The notes: generated by a model from the letters alone, not told the origin. Counted from the stretch's first letter, positions 13,501-27,899 are shown. The stretch is 64,000 bases of DNA from Rhynchobatus australiae (GCA_034780895.1 JAUZTB010000087.1:30095374-30159373), one strand, 5' to 3'. Numbers and translations: made by a program.

Positions 13501-16229
13501 TTTTTCTATTGTTCATCTTTTTAAAAAAACAACTAGGCAAAGAGTCAAGGATAGAATTAAACCAAAACTTTCCTTTTCTTGGCTGTTTTGTGTGGACAAC
13601 AATATCTAGGGATGACTCAACAAATGTAAGTTTTGAAAGGGTATTGGGCTGTTTCTGAGTTAGATGGAGAGGACATTACTCAGACCATTTTCCTTGTGGG
13701 ACTTAAGGGTCTAATTTTTTTTAAATGTATTTAATAGACTTCATATTCATCCTTGCCAGGTTTTGATGATCTATGCTGGACTTTGGCTCCAGGCAGCAAA
13801 AACTGGCTTGCTAATTTGGATACTCTCCACAATCCAAATTACAAATTAGTGAAATTAGTGTTTGTCCATATTAATGTAGCGATGTCCAATGTCTGGTAAT
13901 GTTTGATTGGTAATATTTCTGAGGGGCCATATAGACTTGTGGGGTTTTGCCATGCCTGCCTTCAGTGCTGAATTAAATCTGGAAAGTTTGGAGATATCCT
14001 GAGAACCATGTTAAATAAATGGAACTTCTTCAGCCAATAATATTTTGATTTATAATATTTTGGAATATTTTTACCAATTTAGGTTTAATTTATTTATTAT
14101 GTTACACTGACATTAAATTCATTTCACAAAGGGTTAACTCAGGATCATTTTCTGGGGTATTGATTTGGATCATTAGTTGAAATACCAAACAAAACAGCTT
14201 TGAAAGATTTTGCATGCTCATATCAGGTCTGAGACAAATTCTGAAGTTTTTTTGCAATATTAAGAGCAGAACAGTCCCAATCATGTTAAAAGTGCCTTGG
14301 CAGACAATGCTGTAGACAAATCTGCCTCACCAAGAGGACGGTTTTGCATTCAAGGTCATAGCATTGTTTGATAAGGCAATTTCAATCATTAATACAGAGT
14401 GTTTAAGCAATATTATTTGGGGAATTAATCAGTAACAATATCAGTACTTAATGTATTAGGGGACTGAAACAATCTTGTACCCAACATTTTTATATTAAAA
14501 TGCATGAAATGAATGCATTGCAACAAATAGAAGGACACACAGTACTTCCATTCAATTGGGGCAGAGCTGAACTGCACATGCATGCACAGCATTCCTCAAT
14601 CACTTCAGATGGCTGCAGTGTCATTTGAAGATGGAATCAATGNNNNNNNNNNTTGTTTCATAACAACAAGCAAGCTGGAGAAGAAAAACAAAAAAGCAAA
14701 TTAAGTCTTACCATGTCTAAAAATAAACTCAAAGGATAACTATCAGAAATTAGCATGGAGCAAATACTGTAGGTTCAGTCGACAGGTTCTGATAAACCCA
14801 TGTTAACAGCTGAGGACAGATTTAGAATGACATCCTGCAAGTGTAACAGCCTTACTGATAGTTGTGAAGGTTATTGCAACCAATATATCTACACAATTGC
14901 ACTGTTCATGTGAGTAACCTTGCCGTACTTTAGCTTATTACTTTCATGAAAACTAATGAAAAGTTGAGATGTTTCAAATAAGGAAGCTTGTTGACTGCTA
15001 AACATTTAACATTTAATTTGCAATTTTCACTTATAATAACATGATGAGCAAATAACATTTTAATCCTGAATTATAAAGACATTTTTCAATTAACAGATTT
15101 GGGTAATATTTCATGGTTGTCAAGGTACAGAATGTCAATGTTGTAGAATAAAACTATTTTATACTTCTGCAGTCAGTGCCAGCATCAGATATATACACTA
15201 TCAATTATGGTAGATGCTTTCCTCAGCTCCATAATCACCACTAACCTATAACCTTATATAATTCCACCCATTTCACCAAAGTGCTCATTCAGACTCCACA
15301 ACATCACTATGGGGTACCACTGGTCTCCACTCCCATCTCTCCAACTGAAATCCCAGAATCAATCTGAAAGGTGTTTTGGGAATCAAACCCAGCCAAAACT
15401 ATCCTGAGAAAATTAATGAGTTGCCTCTGAAGATTCAACAGGCACCTGCAGCTCACTAAAATTCTTCAGATAAAGCCTAAGCTGTGGTTCCAGTCTCCTA
15501 CTAGCAGATGTGTTAACCATTTTTGGACCAGAGCAGGAATTAAAACCAATTTCATCATCATTCTGACTTTTATCAATGCTATGTGTAGGCACTGCTAATG
15601 CTGAATCTTGTACCAGAAATGCATGCAGTTTCAATTGCCGCCAGACAGCTAACACACACTCAGTCAGGACATTGTCATACTTAAATGAACCAATATTATC
15701 TGTGTGAAATCTGCCTCCTCTCACTGACTTCTTCCAACTAAATAAAGCACTTGCTTTCAACTGCCAGCCATCACGCGGATCTCAAGCCTCAGGATCTGCA
15801 AATAACTTATTTCTCAGGGTCATGCAAGAGAACCAACATCAAGCAAACTCCTGCATCAAATATTCTACATTTCAGAACTGCTCCTTGTTTATCGTGCACA
15901 CACATGCCTTACACCCACGTAGGATTTTCTCCACTCTAGCCTATGTACCAACTGAGGATTATTTTTGACTGAAATGTCAGCAGCAGCTGCAAAATATTAT
16001 GAGACTCTTGGGATGAAAATGGGAATTCTCTCTTGTTTCAGTCCTTGGATAAAACGGGACAGCCTGACTCTGTCATGGGCCTATGCATAGATGGTTCCAC
16101 AATGCTGAATGTTTTTTTTTCAGGGAGCTAATATAGTGCAAAACAATGTGGCTGCCATAAGGGGAAGGTGTGCATACCAGCTCTTCCACTGGGAATAACA
16201 TTCCAGTTACAGTGATGACCAATAAAGGG

Positions 16230-16605
16230 TCCTCACAAAAATCAAGTCATCACCATATCCCTCAGTGTCTCTGTGCAGGGTTCATGTGGTGTGATTTCTA
16301 TACATAAAGAAGGATGATGCTTGCCCCAGAAATGGTGGAATATAAATTCACTAGATTGATTTATGAATGTCCTACAAGGACAAGATTACCCACACTCAAA
16401 GTCTGGAAGAATATAAGGTGACCTAATTGAATCATCCAAACTTCAGAAAGGGATTGACATTTAGACACTGAGAACCAGTTTCCTCAGTTTGGAGAATGTG
16501 GGCAGAGCACAATCTCAGGATAATACATCAGCCAATTAAGGTTGAAATGGGGAGAATTCTCTTTACTCAGAGGACTGTAAATCTTTGGAATTTTCTACTC
16601 CGCAG
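16230..16605 (+). mobile_element. Decayed CR1 fragment
   Basis: Translation contains 'HNLRI...LFTQRTVNLWNFL', similar to the CR1 FTQRVVNLWNSL motif. Confidence 0.75.
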
Positions 16606-17094
16606 GCCTGACTTGAAATCCTGGAAGAAAAACAATATCATTAACCTTGGTTTGCTGGAGCAATATTTTGGCTTAATAAGCAGTGTTTTCTATTATTGTG
16701 TTAGATTTGGCCAATTAGTACTGTTTCTCCTCCGGTGCTCTGTAACCCCTGGCATCAAGCATTGTTTTCCCCTGCAGGAGACATACATTAGGTTCATTGG
16801 CTACTACAGCTGTAGAGATCTTGCAGTTACAGTCTGTTGGGATTTGTAGAATAGAAGGCATAATCAGAACTGACTGAAGCAGTAAATCTATGATGAAAAA
16901 TTTCAATAAATAAATGTGCTTCACAGGATACTAAACAATTAATATTCCTCCCTAGATGCATTGATTTTGGAGCAAGTAACAAGGTGCCACAAACATCCTG
17001 ATTATCTGTAACTTTCTATATTTTGAGAGGTTGCTCTTTGATTCAGCTGACTGTATTCCTATCCTTGCTGATCCTGCAAAGTCATTAAAGTTAT

Positions 17095-17195
17095 TAAGTT
17101 CCACCCTGATAAAGGTATCAGCATGAACTATTAACTTTGTTTGTCTCTCCACAAATCTGGCCTGACCCACTCAGTGTTTCCAGCATTGTTTTTAT
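17095..17195 (+). mobile_element. Penelope-like terminal repeat remnant
   Basis: 'ctgataaagg...ctctccacaaatctggcctgacccactcagtgtttccagcatt' resembles 52980-53085. Confidence 0.55.
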
Positions 17196-20129
17196 CTAAC
17201 AATTTATTTTTGCTCTTCTTTTTGTCATATTTGACTACGGCATTACTTCCAATGAAGAACTTTAAATAAGTTTTGAATTGCAGGTATTATTCTGCTAGTA
17301 TCATATAAACAAGTGCACAATTATAGTTTCAAACACAAGAAGGCTTTTATACTGTCAATCTACTTATTCACAGCGGATTGTGCAACTCTAATAATTTATT
17401 TACTAGCAAGAGATTGTCTAATTCCTTCTAGAACACCCTTTCCATAAAATAGTTTCTCCTGCATTTCTTGATTTTGTTTTGATGTAATTAATTCATAAAT
17501 ATGTTATGTTTAAATGCTGTACATTTAGAAAAGACTAGGNNNNNNNNNNNNNNNNNNNNNNNNNNNNNNNNNNNNNNNNNNNNNNNNNNNNNNNNNNNNN
17601 NNNNNNNNNNNNNNNNNNNNNNNNNNNNNNNNNNNNNNNCTAGGATCCAATTGGTCTAAAACTTTCAGAATTTTAAACATTTGTATCACTTTTCTCAACC
17701 TTCCAGTTTTTAAAAGTAAAAAAAATTCAGGATAGTCAATCATTTTCATAGATCACTCCTTTACATTTTGGAATCAACAATTAAGTTCCTCCTTCAACAA
17801 TAATTGATTTTTTTTGAAGTACAGAGATGAAGGATGGACACAATATTTTCAATGTGGTCTCACTCAGAACAAATAGTTTTAAAACATCTCTTTGAACTTG
17901 TATTTTTTATCCCTTGCTATTCATTCCGAAATATTGTATTTTTAACAACACAGAAGTATTTTGCTGAAGATTCTCAGAATCTGCCTGTCATGCACTACAT
18001 TTTGATAAACAAATAGTATGCTTCCTTAATGGAATTAAACTGGATTTACTCCAAGATTAATGAGAACTGTTCAAGAAAACCTTGAGGGGTTTCCAAGAAA
18101 ATACTATGAATTTAACCCAAGGTTTACCACGGATATTCTGGCAAGAAATCAAAAAGGCATTTCTATTGAAATAATGACAGATGCCAACTTCCTCTTTGTA
18201 AATACTGGCAAGATATCAATGTATTGAAATTACTTCCAAGGAAAAAAATAACTTCCTAATTTAATTGCAGCAACTGCCACTTCATTAGTATGAGATTTTT
18301 TTTAATTGCAGTGGTTAAAAACTAGTTAAAACTTTAATTCTGATGTTACTTCCAAAGCATGAAACTTGTACTATTATTGTGTCAAATTATTTACTCAAGC
18401 TGTGTTATGAACTTGAACTAACAAGCTTCTGACTCAGGAGATTCTACCAATTAAACCTAGTTGTTCGAAATGTACATAATGCAAAACAATTTCAAAGAAA
18501 ATTAAATAATCTGGAAGTGCATAGAAGTTTGTTCAGTGCTTGTGAAGGGGAAAGATGCTTAACCTGGTATTATTGGTTAGATGAGCATTCTTTTGGAGTT
18601 AGGTTGGGTTGGGCTCAAGGAAAGGAAACAAAAAATAACCTGGATCCCAACCACAGGAAAGATGTAGATGCCTATTAATATACTTGATTAAAAGCAAAGT
18701 GTTAGTTTAAGTAAATAATTATGTAGTTGAGCTCAGAGGAAAACATCATTAAATAAAAACATGTATAGACAAATTGCTAAGATGGTGAAAAGGAACAGAA
18801 CATTCCAGAAAGTTAAACAGACAAGAACATGTAGAATATTGAAAGAAGAAAAATAGCCAAAATGTGATGTTTGAAATTAATCAAAATGCTTGAAATTTTT
18901 TAGGTCTGCTAATCTTGGGGGGAAAAATCTTAAACCGGACAACTGCAATTGTCTTCATTCGGACAAAGGATCTCTACTTGAACCACAATCCCTGTTCCTG
19001 ATCCATAAAAATGAAGAGACTGTATATATCAGGGAAATATTTCTCTCTGTTGAGTCTAGGGAATGCTCATTTTCCAGGATCAGTGAAGAGTAAATGAGAA
19101 TAGACCCATCAAGTTAAATCTGCTCAATGCTGCCATGGAAAACCCCAAGTTCCTATGAACAAACTAATTTGAAAGATTTTCTGCTCCTCTAGTCATCTGA
19201 AAATCACCAACAATCACCTCATACAAAGTTTGGGACTTCAGTACATGTATGCTCCTAAAGGGAATTGCACGCTTCCCAACACTTACAAGATGTTGACTGT
19301 GGAAGGGAAAGTAGGTTCCAATAAACTAACACATGCTGACATAGGATTTTTCAAGATTCTATCATGCTTTGCTGGTCTGCTGCTATTTTCTTTCCTCTGG
19401 ACACATCTTTTGATTTTATAATTTGTTTCACTTCTCTTTCCTCATCATTACATTATCAATTAATCATACCTGGCTACCCACACAATCACAGATCTCTCAT
19501 TTCTTTTCCTTTCTCCTCTTTCCCTGGTACCTGTTTGTAAGCTGTTCATCTGTCTCATTGTTCAGTTTTGACAAAAGGTCAATAACCTGAAATGGTTTCA
19601 CAATGGGACTAACTTCACATCAAATCACCTAATGAAGAACTGATAAGATCAGATGCAGAGGTGATTTTATGCCTAATCCAATTTTAATCTCCACTGAAGT
19701 CATTCAAGAATCATATTGGGCAACATGCAAAATAAATCCACCCAGCTTCTGGAATTCCCCTGGCAAGTTTGGCTAAACTTACTTGAAACATTCCCCTCTC
19801 CATAGATTTTGCCTGACTTGTTTGTTGTTTTTAGAATTTTCTGTTTCTATCATAGCTATATTCTGTAGATTACAAATGGATAATATTACCAACCTCCACT
19901 GTGTTCCCCAGTAACTTTGGGCACCATTACTAATTCCCAATATTTTTGCTATGCACATGTCCAAGTGGATGATCCATCTCAGCTTCCTCCTGAGATTGGT
20001 TTCTGTGATGGTGGCATTCTTTAACCAACTCCATCACATGATTTCGAGAGATGCCTGTGAGCACTGGATGTAGTGAAGATGAAGGGTCCAGACAACATTC
20101 TAGATGTAATATTGAAACCTGTGCTCCAA

Positions 20130-21530
20130 ATGAAACATACACTCTAGTAAGCTGTTCCTTTACAGTTATAACACTGGCATCTACATGGTGACAGACAAAT
20201 TGCCTAGGCATATCCTGTCCATAAAGAAGAGGACAAATCAAATATGGGTAACCACTGCCCTATCAGTCTATTCTCAATCATTACCTAGGTGATGGAAGGT
20301 GTCATTGAAATTGCTATTAAGCAGCACTTACTTGCCAATAACCAGCTCCCCAATGTCCAGTGTGGGTTTCACCAGGACCACTTGGCTTCAGACTTCAACA
20401 CGATCTTGGTTGAAATGTGGATCAAAGAGCTGAATTCTAACAGTGAGTTGAGAGTGACTAACCTTAGCTAGACTAAACTTAAGGTAGCACTTGACTGCAC
20501 ATGGCATCAAGTAGTTCTGGTAAACCTGAAGTCAACAGAAAACAAGGGAAAAATACTCCAATGGTTGGAGTCATACTTTGCACAAAGGAAGATTGTTGTG
20601 GTTGTTGGAAGTCAATCACCCTAGTCCCTCATGGTAGTGTCCTGGATGCAACCATTTCCAGCTGCCTCAATGATTCTCCTTCCTTTAGAAAATCAGAAAT
20701 TGGGATGCTTGCTGAGAATTGCACCACATTCATTTCCAATCACAGCTCTTCAGAACATGAAGCAGTCTTGTACATGAACCAATGCCTAGACATCTTTTAG
20801 AGGGAGGTGCTCACAAGTGACAAATAATACTTACAATGCCTTTAGTGCCAAGCAATGGTCAATCAAATCCAAGAAGAGAGTCTAATCACCTACCCTTACA
20901 TTCAATGACATTACCATTCTGGGAGATACCAAGTGACCAGAAACTCAGCTAGACCAGCCACATATGAGAGCAGGTCAGAGGCTAGGTATCACGCAGAAAG
21001 TGATTCATCTGATATCCTAAAACCTTGTCACTGTAGCCAAGGCATGAAGTAGGAGCACAATGAAGTACTCTCCACTTATTCTAACAAATGAAGCTACAAG
21101 AACTCAAAAAGGTTGACACATCTGAGACAAAGCAGCCTATTTGATTGGTACCTCAATGACCAGCCTAAACATTCACCCTCTCTACTACCAGTGCACTGAG
21201 TCTATAGTGTAAACCATCTACAAAAGGCACTGCTGTTACCCTTTGCGCTTTTCTGACAGCAGCTCTGAAACTATAACCTTCACTATTAAGAAAGACAAAA
21301 GCCACTGCATATTCCCTCCAAGTTACCCACAATCCTGACTTGGGCATATATTACTATTCCTTCATCATTGCTGGATATAGGTCCTGGAATTCCCTTCCCA
21401 TTTGCGCTGTGGGAGTACATTCATCAGAAGGATTACAGTTACTCACCATCACTTTTTCAAGGTCAATTATGGATGGACAATAAATGCTGACCCTACCAGC
21501 AATGCCTACATCCTGAAAAATGAATAAATA
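20130..21530 (+). mobile_element. Decayed non-LTR LINE (CR1/L2 group): RT region through 3' tail
   Basis: Fragments 'PISLFSI...MEGVIEIAIKQHLLANNQLPNVQCGFHQDH' and 'VPHGSVLDATISSCLND' (VPQGSVLGP-like); tail 'ggatggacaataaatgctgacc...cctacatcctgaaaaatgaataaa'. Confidence 0.85.
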
Positions 21531-22369
21531 TATAAACAAAAAAAAAACTTGCCTTACATCAATTTCTGTGACCTTCATGGTATATTGTGAGTTTTACTAG
21601 ATAATGTTACTACAAGTTATGAACACTGCTCTTTACCTATGGTTAAGAAATCTCTAGAAGTTAAAACCCCAACTCTCTGTGGGTTCCTTTCAGCCACAAT
21701 TCTCAGAGGCCGCTTTATTTGTAGTAATATTAGACTTGGATCCACTCTTCCTAAATACTTCTCATTGTAACCATTACTGACACACACCTATGATAGTTCA
21801 AACAATGTTCTCAGAAACAATGAGGCTCAAATTAATTTCAAACACTTTTTAATTCAGGCAGTGGATTTGTAATCTAAGTGCATTTTGGGTTTCTATCTAC
21901 TCAAAAGACTGTCAGCTTCAAAAAGGCTACATTAACTTTTTCAACTGCTTCCATCCCAATTCATAAAAATGCTATCGTTGTTAGTTCCCAGGGGCAGTGC
22001 TGGCAAACACAGGCCACATCTATGAACGTCCTTTGATCTGAAGCACTGTATTTCCCTTTCCTTAGAGATATGCCAGTATTTTGTATCAAATGTCAACTCC
22101 TGGATTGCTTCTAATCTCCTTCTATCTTTCTACCTGACTCGGCTATCATGCCTTGGGTTTGAACTCAGTGCCAGTTCTAGACTTTTGATGAATTCAGCTT
22201 TTGTCATTAGCAAATCAGAGTTCAAACTGGAACCAAGTGGCATCAGGGAAAGGAGCCTTGGTCATTACAGATAGCAAATCAATAGTGAATGGAATGTATA
22301 ATTTCCTGATTAGGACACCAACTCAACTTCATGCCAAATCCACACTTTAATGGCCAGAACAGTTTTTCT

Positions 22370-22595
22370 TTTCAAGTCATTCACCATTCTGATTTGGAAA
22401 TACATTGTTATTCCTTCATCACCACCACCATGTCAAAATCTTGAGAACTTTCTTCCCAACAGTGCAGTGGGAGTACTGATAAAGACACGAGAAGTTCAAG
22501 GAGGAAACATACCACCACTTCCTCATGGGCAATTACTAATGGGTATTACATGCTAATATGACCATCCATGATCACATCCAACAAATTAATAAAAG
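22370..22595 (+). mobile_element. LINE 3' tail fragment, same family as 20130-21530
   Basis: 'ccattctgatttggaaatacattgttattccttcatc...cccaacagtgcagtgggagtac...gggcaatta' parallels 21330-21520. Confidence 0.7.
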
Positions 22596-22899
22596 AAAGA
22601 ACATTCTTTTCACCTGACTATAGCATTAATTGTTTTGGGAGTTACATCTTGGTGGAGCTAGGAAGAGCAGCTCTTCTCCTGGACCCATGAAAACATCAAA
22701 TGCATCATTGCTCTGCTGGCCTCCTTTCCATCTAGATTTTTCAGGTAATGTCTGGATACAATAGGCTGTGTGCTAACTGCATTGCAGATCACTCCTATTC
22801 AAATTAGGTCCCATACCGTACTTGGTTAAGGCATGTAAGGAGCAAATTGTTTCACTGACATGCTACTTGTTTTGTGGATGAGTCATGTTTCTATCCTTA

Positions 22900-22992
22900 C
22901 CCGGAACTGAAGAGAAGGTTATCAACCCGAAAGAGCAGCTTCGTTTTTCTCTCTCCTCTGATGCAGTTTGACCTGCTGAGCATTTGCAGTAC
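22900..22992 (+). mobile_element. Penelope-like terminal repeat remnant retaining the CUGANGA and GAAA boxes
   Basis: 'ctgaagagaaggttatcaacccgaaa' followed by 'ctctcctctgatgcagtttgacctgctgagcattt'. Confidence 0.6.
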
Positions 22993-23439
22993 AGTCCTCC
23001 TTTATGGATAATTAACCTAACCCACCTGAAGGAAAACCTTGAATGGAAAGTACACTTACACCAACCTGTAAGTGCTAACAATCAGGCTCCTTCCTGTGCT
23101 GAGTTTCCCTTGCAGATGATTGGTTAAAATAATCTCTGAGGTAAACACTTGTAAAACTAAAGAGAAAGGTGATTCTTGAGATCAGTTCTTACTCATGGGT
23201 TTCAGTATCTAATACTTTCACTTCTTTTCAGCTGGATATTTTGGGGTTTTGCTGCTTCACAAATTCAACCCTATGGTCTGCTCAGTGGTAGAGAGCAAGT
23301 ATTCAAGCCAGATTATTGTAATATTTACACAAGTGTTACTACTTTACTGTGCTCGCAAGTTGATATTCACATTTATTATCCAATTTGGTTCATATTTTAA
23401 CAATTGAACAGAGAACAGTTCAACTGAACTAGATATGAA

Positions 23440-24436
23440 GGCATACACCTACATCAATGGTGCTGAGGTCGAGAGTTGAAAAGCTTCAAGTTCCTGGGAG
23501 TGAACATCATCAATAGTCTGTCCTGGTCCATCCAATTAAGACGCCACGGCCAAGGAAGTTCAGCAGCACCTCTACTTCCTCAGGAGGTTAAAGAAATTTG
23601 GCATGTCCCCTTTGACACTCACCAACTTTTATCGATGCACCATAGAAAGCATCCTATCTGGATGCNNNNNNNNNNNNNNNNNNNNNNNNNNNNNNNNNNN
23701 NNNNNNNNNNNNNNNNNNNNNNNNNNNNNNNNNNNNNNNNNNNNNNNNNNNNNNNNNNNNNNNNNCCTGTCCTGGTCCAACTACATAGATGCCACGGCCA
23801 AGAAAGCTCACCAGCACCTCTACTTCCTCAGGAGGCTAAAGACATTGGCATGTTCCCTTTGACACTCATCAACTTTTCATCAATGCACCATAAAAAGCAT
23901 CTTATCTGGATGCAACACGGCTTGGTATGGCGACTGCTCTGCCTGGGACTGCAAGAAATTGTAGAGAGTTGTGGACACAGCTCAGCACATCATGGAAACC
24001 AGCCTCCCCTCCATGAGCTCTGTCTATACTTCTCACTGCCTTGGCAAAGCAGCCAGCATAATCAAAGACCCCACCCACCCCAGACATTCTCTCTTCTCTC
24101 CTCTTCCATCAGGCAGAAGATACAAAAGCCTGAAAGCATGTACCACCAGGCTCAAGAACATCTTCTATCTTGCTATTATAAGACTATTGAACAGTTCCCT
24201 GGTATGATAAGATGGATTCTTGATCTCACAATCTACCTCATTATGACCTTGCACCTTATTGTCTACCTGCACTGCACTTTCCTCTGCAGCTGTAACACTT
24301 TACTCTGCATTCTGTATTGTTTTAACCTATACTACCTCAATGCACTTTGTAATGAATTGATCTGTATGAACAGTATGCAAGACAAGTTTTTTTTTACTGT
24401 ACCTCAGTACAAGTGACAAAAATAAACCAATTCCAA
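23440..24436 (+). mobile_element. Rex-Babar-type LINE, 5'-truncated and relatively young
   Basis: 'SFKFLGVNI..SLSWS.YIDATAKKAHQHLYFLRRLK...LTNFYRCTIESILSGC...IIKDPTHPRHSLFSPLPSGRRYKSL' are hallmark motifs; it ends at 'aataaaccaattcca'. Confidence 0.9.
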
Positions 24437-24830
24437 TAATAAAGGTTAAACTAAAATGTATCTTTTTTTAAGGAATGCAAATACAAAGTAAAAGTAAATA
24501 AAAGAAAGAAACTGCAATGTTCAGATGGACTGATCTCATAAAACATCTTTATAGCAGAACCTTTGTCGAATCTTAACAACTACAGTGTTTAACCATTTTT
24601 ACCTTATGAATTGTCAAAATGTTTGAATTTCTTTTACATTGGTAACATTACAGCAGCAAGAGTTGATATGAATAAATTGGAAGAGTATGTAATTGTGGTC
24701 TTATTTAGGAAACTGAAATAACCATTTCACTAAAACCAGTTCCCAACATGTACAGCAGTTGCAGAAATTCTTGCTTATGCATTATGTTCTAGGCATATAA
24801 TAAAAAGGGGTGGACTTATAAAGACTGAAT

Positions 24831-24850
24831 TTCTGCCACCTGGTGGCTAA
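24831..24850 (-). promoter_or_regulatory. CTCF-like motif
   Basis: Minus strand reads AGCCACCAGGTGGCAG, a close match to the CTCF core CCASYAGRKGGCR. Confidence 0.6.
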
Positions 24851-25429
24851 CAGGAGCACAGTGCCTAACAGTCAAAAGACAGGATTGCCTTGCCATTAAA
24901 AGGACACAAGTTTAGGGCAATTATTTACAGAAAATAAATCCAAGTGCCACCAACCACACAATTCATGGCTAATATAGCCATTGATTAGCTCCACAAGCAA
25001 TGTACACATTAATTATTAACATGTTAAATAAATGGCAGCTATTGAATTAGTTTCTGCATGGCTAGGAATAAGATCCACATGTTGGTGGCCTCATTCATGT
25101 TTCCTGTGCTTTGTTGAGATACACTATGTTTTAAAGTAAAGAAATGCCCGTGTCTCATTTCGTTCCTTTCTCTGGTGGGACAAAATAAACAAATGATTGT
25201 AAAGTAACTTGAAGGAATGACGTCATGATATGCTGAAGAAATGCCTGTTTCCAGGTAATCTTGACAATACTTTTAATTGCACTTGATGACCTTGAAGTAC
25301 ATTATTCAAATAAATGCAGCAAATTACCATGACTCTATAAACAACCACAGTATATTTGAATCATACCTAACAACTCTGTGATTTCGAACACAAAGAGCAA
25401 CTCTCTTCCCTCCCACCCCCTCCTTGTGT

Positions 25430-25630
25430 GTTCCAGCTTGTGACTTGGACATAATTTATTATCTCTGTTGTTATTGAGCTAAAGATCAATCAATTCCCTA
25501 CTTGACAAAAGTGTTGAGAGTTATCATTACAAAGACTGCAGCAGTTTAAGAATGCCCACCAATGCCTTCTTCGAGGACCTAGGAAAGGGCAATAAATATG
25601 ACCATGGCAGTGATTCCCCCATCCAGAGAA
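25430..25630 (+). mobile_element. LINE 3' tail fragment, same family as 20130-21530
   Basis: 'tgacttggacata...gactgcagcagtttaagaa...aggaaagggcaataaat'. Confidence 0.6.
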
Positions 25631-25725
25631 AAAAGAAATCTTCTAGAAATCAAAACACAATCTTTGATATTTTCAACTGTACCTACTAATATTTAATGTA
25701 GCTTCCCTTAATCCTAAAGGAGCAT

Positions 25726-25743
25726 GGTGCCATCTGTTGGTGA
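25726..25743 (-). promoter_or_regulatory. CTCF-like motif
   Basis: Minus strand reads TCACCAACAGATGGCACC, one mismatch from the CTCF core and in the same orientation as the 24.8 kb site. Confidence 0.45.
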
Positions 25744-26429
25744 AAATATCCACAGACCAAATTCATGTCTTGGTTTGCTGAGGAGATTTTAGAAATAATT
25801 GAGCTTAAGCAAGCTGGTCATTAGTTCCCTTTAGTCTTATTAGGTTACAGATACCACTGTATCTGCCACTTCGCTGAGTGCCACATGGAGTCCAGTGACA
25901 GAGACAGGTCTTGCTGGAGTACCACTGAACTAAGTTGGAAGATCTGCCTTTCAGATCCTATATCACATTAGTCCTGGTGTAGAATCAGACCCCACTCACG
26001 TGAGTGAGATTCTCAGCCTGCAGAATAGGTGAAGTAAATGTTTCTTTTAAAGTAATTTTATTTTTATGTTTGTAATGATCTTTAACTGGTTATCTGTTTC
26101 TGATTCATTTCTTCTTAGGAAATTTTAATTACTTATAGTAATTTTAATAGATTTTAAGTGTCTTTGAATGTCAGTGACATATAAAAATTAAGTTCCTTGA
26201 TAGCTTTCACACAAAGCAATGGTCCTCCCCCAGCCTTGCCTTCCATCAAAGGCTGTCAGAGGTGTTCTGGGAGCAAGGTCTCAACCATATACTGCCTGAA
26301 ACTCAGTTTTGCAACCTTGCAGAAGTTTCCAGGAACTGGAGGTCCAGCAAGATCCCACTTAGCAAGTGTGATAGGTTCCTATGGGTGAGTGGAGATGAGG
26401 GGCGATCACTCCAGACAACTGTAATATCA

Positions 26430-26790
26430 AGGCGCAATTGTTAAATTACTGAACTAGTAATAAAAAGACTTGGATGGACAATCCAGAGTTCAGAGTCCAA
26501 ATCCCATCACATCAGTTACGGAATTTAAATACAGATTTATAATCTGGTATTAATCAAAAACTACTCAGTACATCACAAAACTAAAGGATTGCCATTAAAA
26601 TCCATCAGTTTCACTAATGTCCTTCTGGGAAGGATGTCTTCGCTCAGGGTTATATTTGATTCCAGACCACACAAGTATGATTGACTCTTAAATACTCACT
26701 GAAATGGCCTTGCAAGCCACTCAGTTCATGTGTAAATAAGGATGAGTTAAAAATGCTGGCCTTGACAATGATGCCCAAATCTTGAAAAAT
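26430..26790 (+). mobile_element. tRNA-derived SINE, same family as 39601-39992
   Basis: Colinear blocks with the 39.6 kb copy (ttactg, aatccagag, aatctgg, ttcactaatgtcctt, ggaagga, ccagacc) and tail 'aaatgctggccttgacaatgatgccc'. Confidence 0.75.
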
Positions 26791-27899
26791 TGGTGAGGAT
26801 AAAAAGATCAGATCCAGCATGATTCGGCACCAAATAACATAGAATAACCTGCCGTGCACTATAATGAGATCATGACTAATATGTCACCCAACCCAATTTA
26901 CTTGATTTGACTAATGAAAATATATCATTCTAAATTTTAAAATTAACAAATAGCTTGGCATCAATTGCAATAGAAGTGTTTCCTGACTTCATTGTTGAGA
27001 CTAATTTTTATTCTATGCCTAAGTCCTAAATATCAAACAGTTAAAATAATTTGTAGTTATCACATTATTTCCTTTAATATCCTGAAAACATCAAACCACC
27101 TCCCTCAGCCATCTAAAATCCATGGAATCTAAGCAATGTTATCGGCTCATAAGGTCCAAGTATCATACCGATAAAGAGAGAAACCGCTGGAAGTACTGCT
27201 CTCCAAGGACAATTTACCCTTCCTAAGGTATAGTGCCAAGAATTGTGCGGCATAACTTCAGTCCATTGTATCTGGAGAATGAGAATACAATGACCAGAAT
27301 TCCATTGGCTTCTTTAATTATTTGCAGAACCTGTGGCATTTAGACCCCTGAATTTATTCAGATTTCCACTGTTTGTAGCTTTTCATTATTTAGAGAGTAT
27401 TATATTCTGTGTCCAAATAGATGACTACGTATACATTGTGAACTCTATTTGCCTAGTTGTTTAACCTTCTATCTCTTTGCTTTTTTATCCTTCAATCTAC
27501 CCCCATAATGACATCTGATCTTTGACATGCAGTTTTCTATTCCAACATGGTAGTCATTAATAAATTTAGAGAATAGACAAGATTCATGTATTCACCAAGT
27601 GTTCAAGTACACATATTCAAAAGCTTCATTCACCCCCACCACTAACAGTCTCTTAAGAGGGTTCTGGAAGTCGATCTGAAATAACATCCACTACTTGAGT
27701 CTTCATGTGTCATAAAGCATGATCTAAAGGTCACTGATCAACCGAAAACTTTCAGATCCCTTTCATTTCCAGGTTAACAAATCTGTAATACAAATGTAGA
27801 TTTGCTTCTGAATAGTTATTACTATGCTTCCGATATTTATTCCTCTCTCCATAACTGTGGTTAACTATGCACCATGGCTGATAGTGCTCTCAATCACAT

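Noticed and set aside
23518-23912. Apparent tandem duplication inside the Rex-Babar element
   Set aside because: The two copies flank a 100-N gap; most likely unmerged contig ends or haplotypes.
23850-24416. 188-aa plus-strand ORF
   Set aside because: Alternative frame of the Rex-Babar element running into its 3' UTR.
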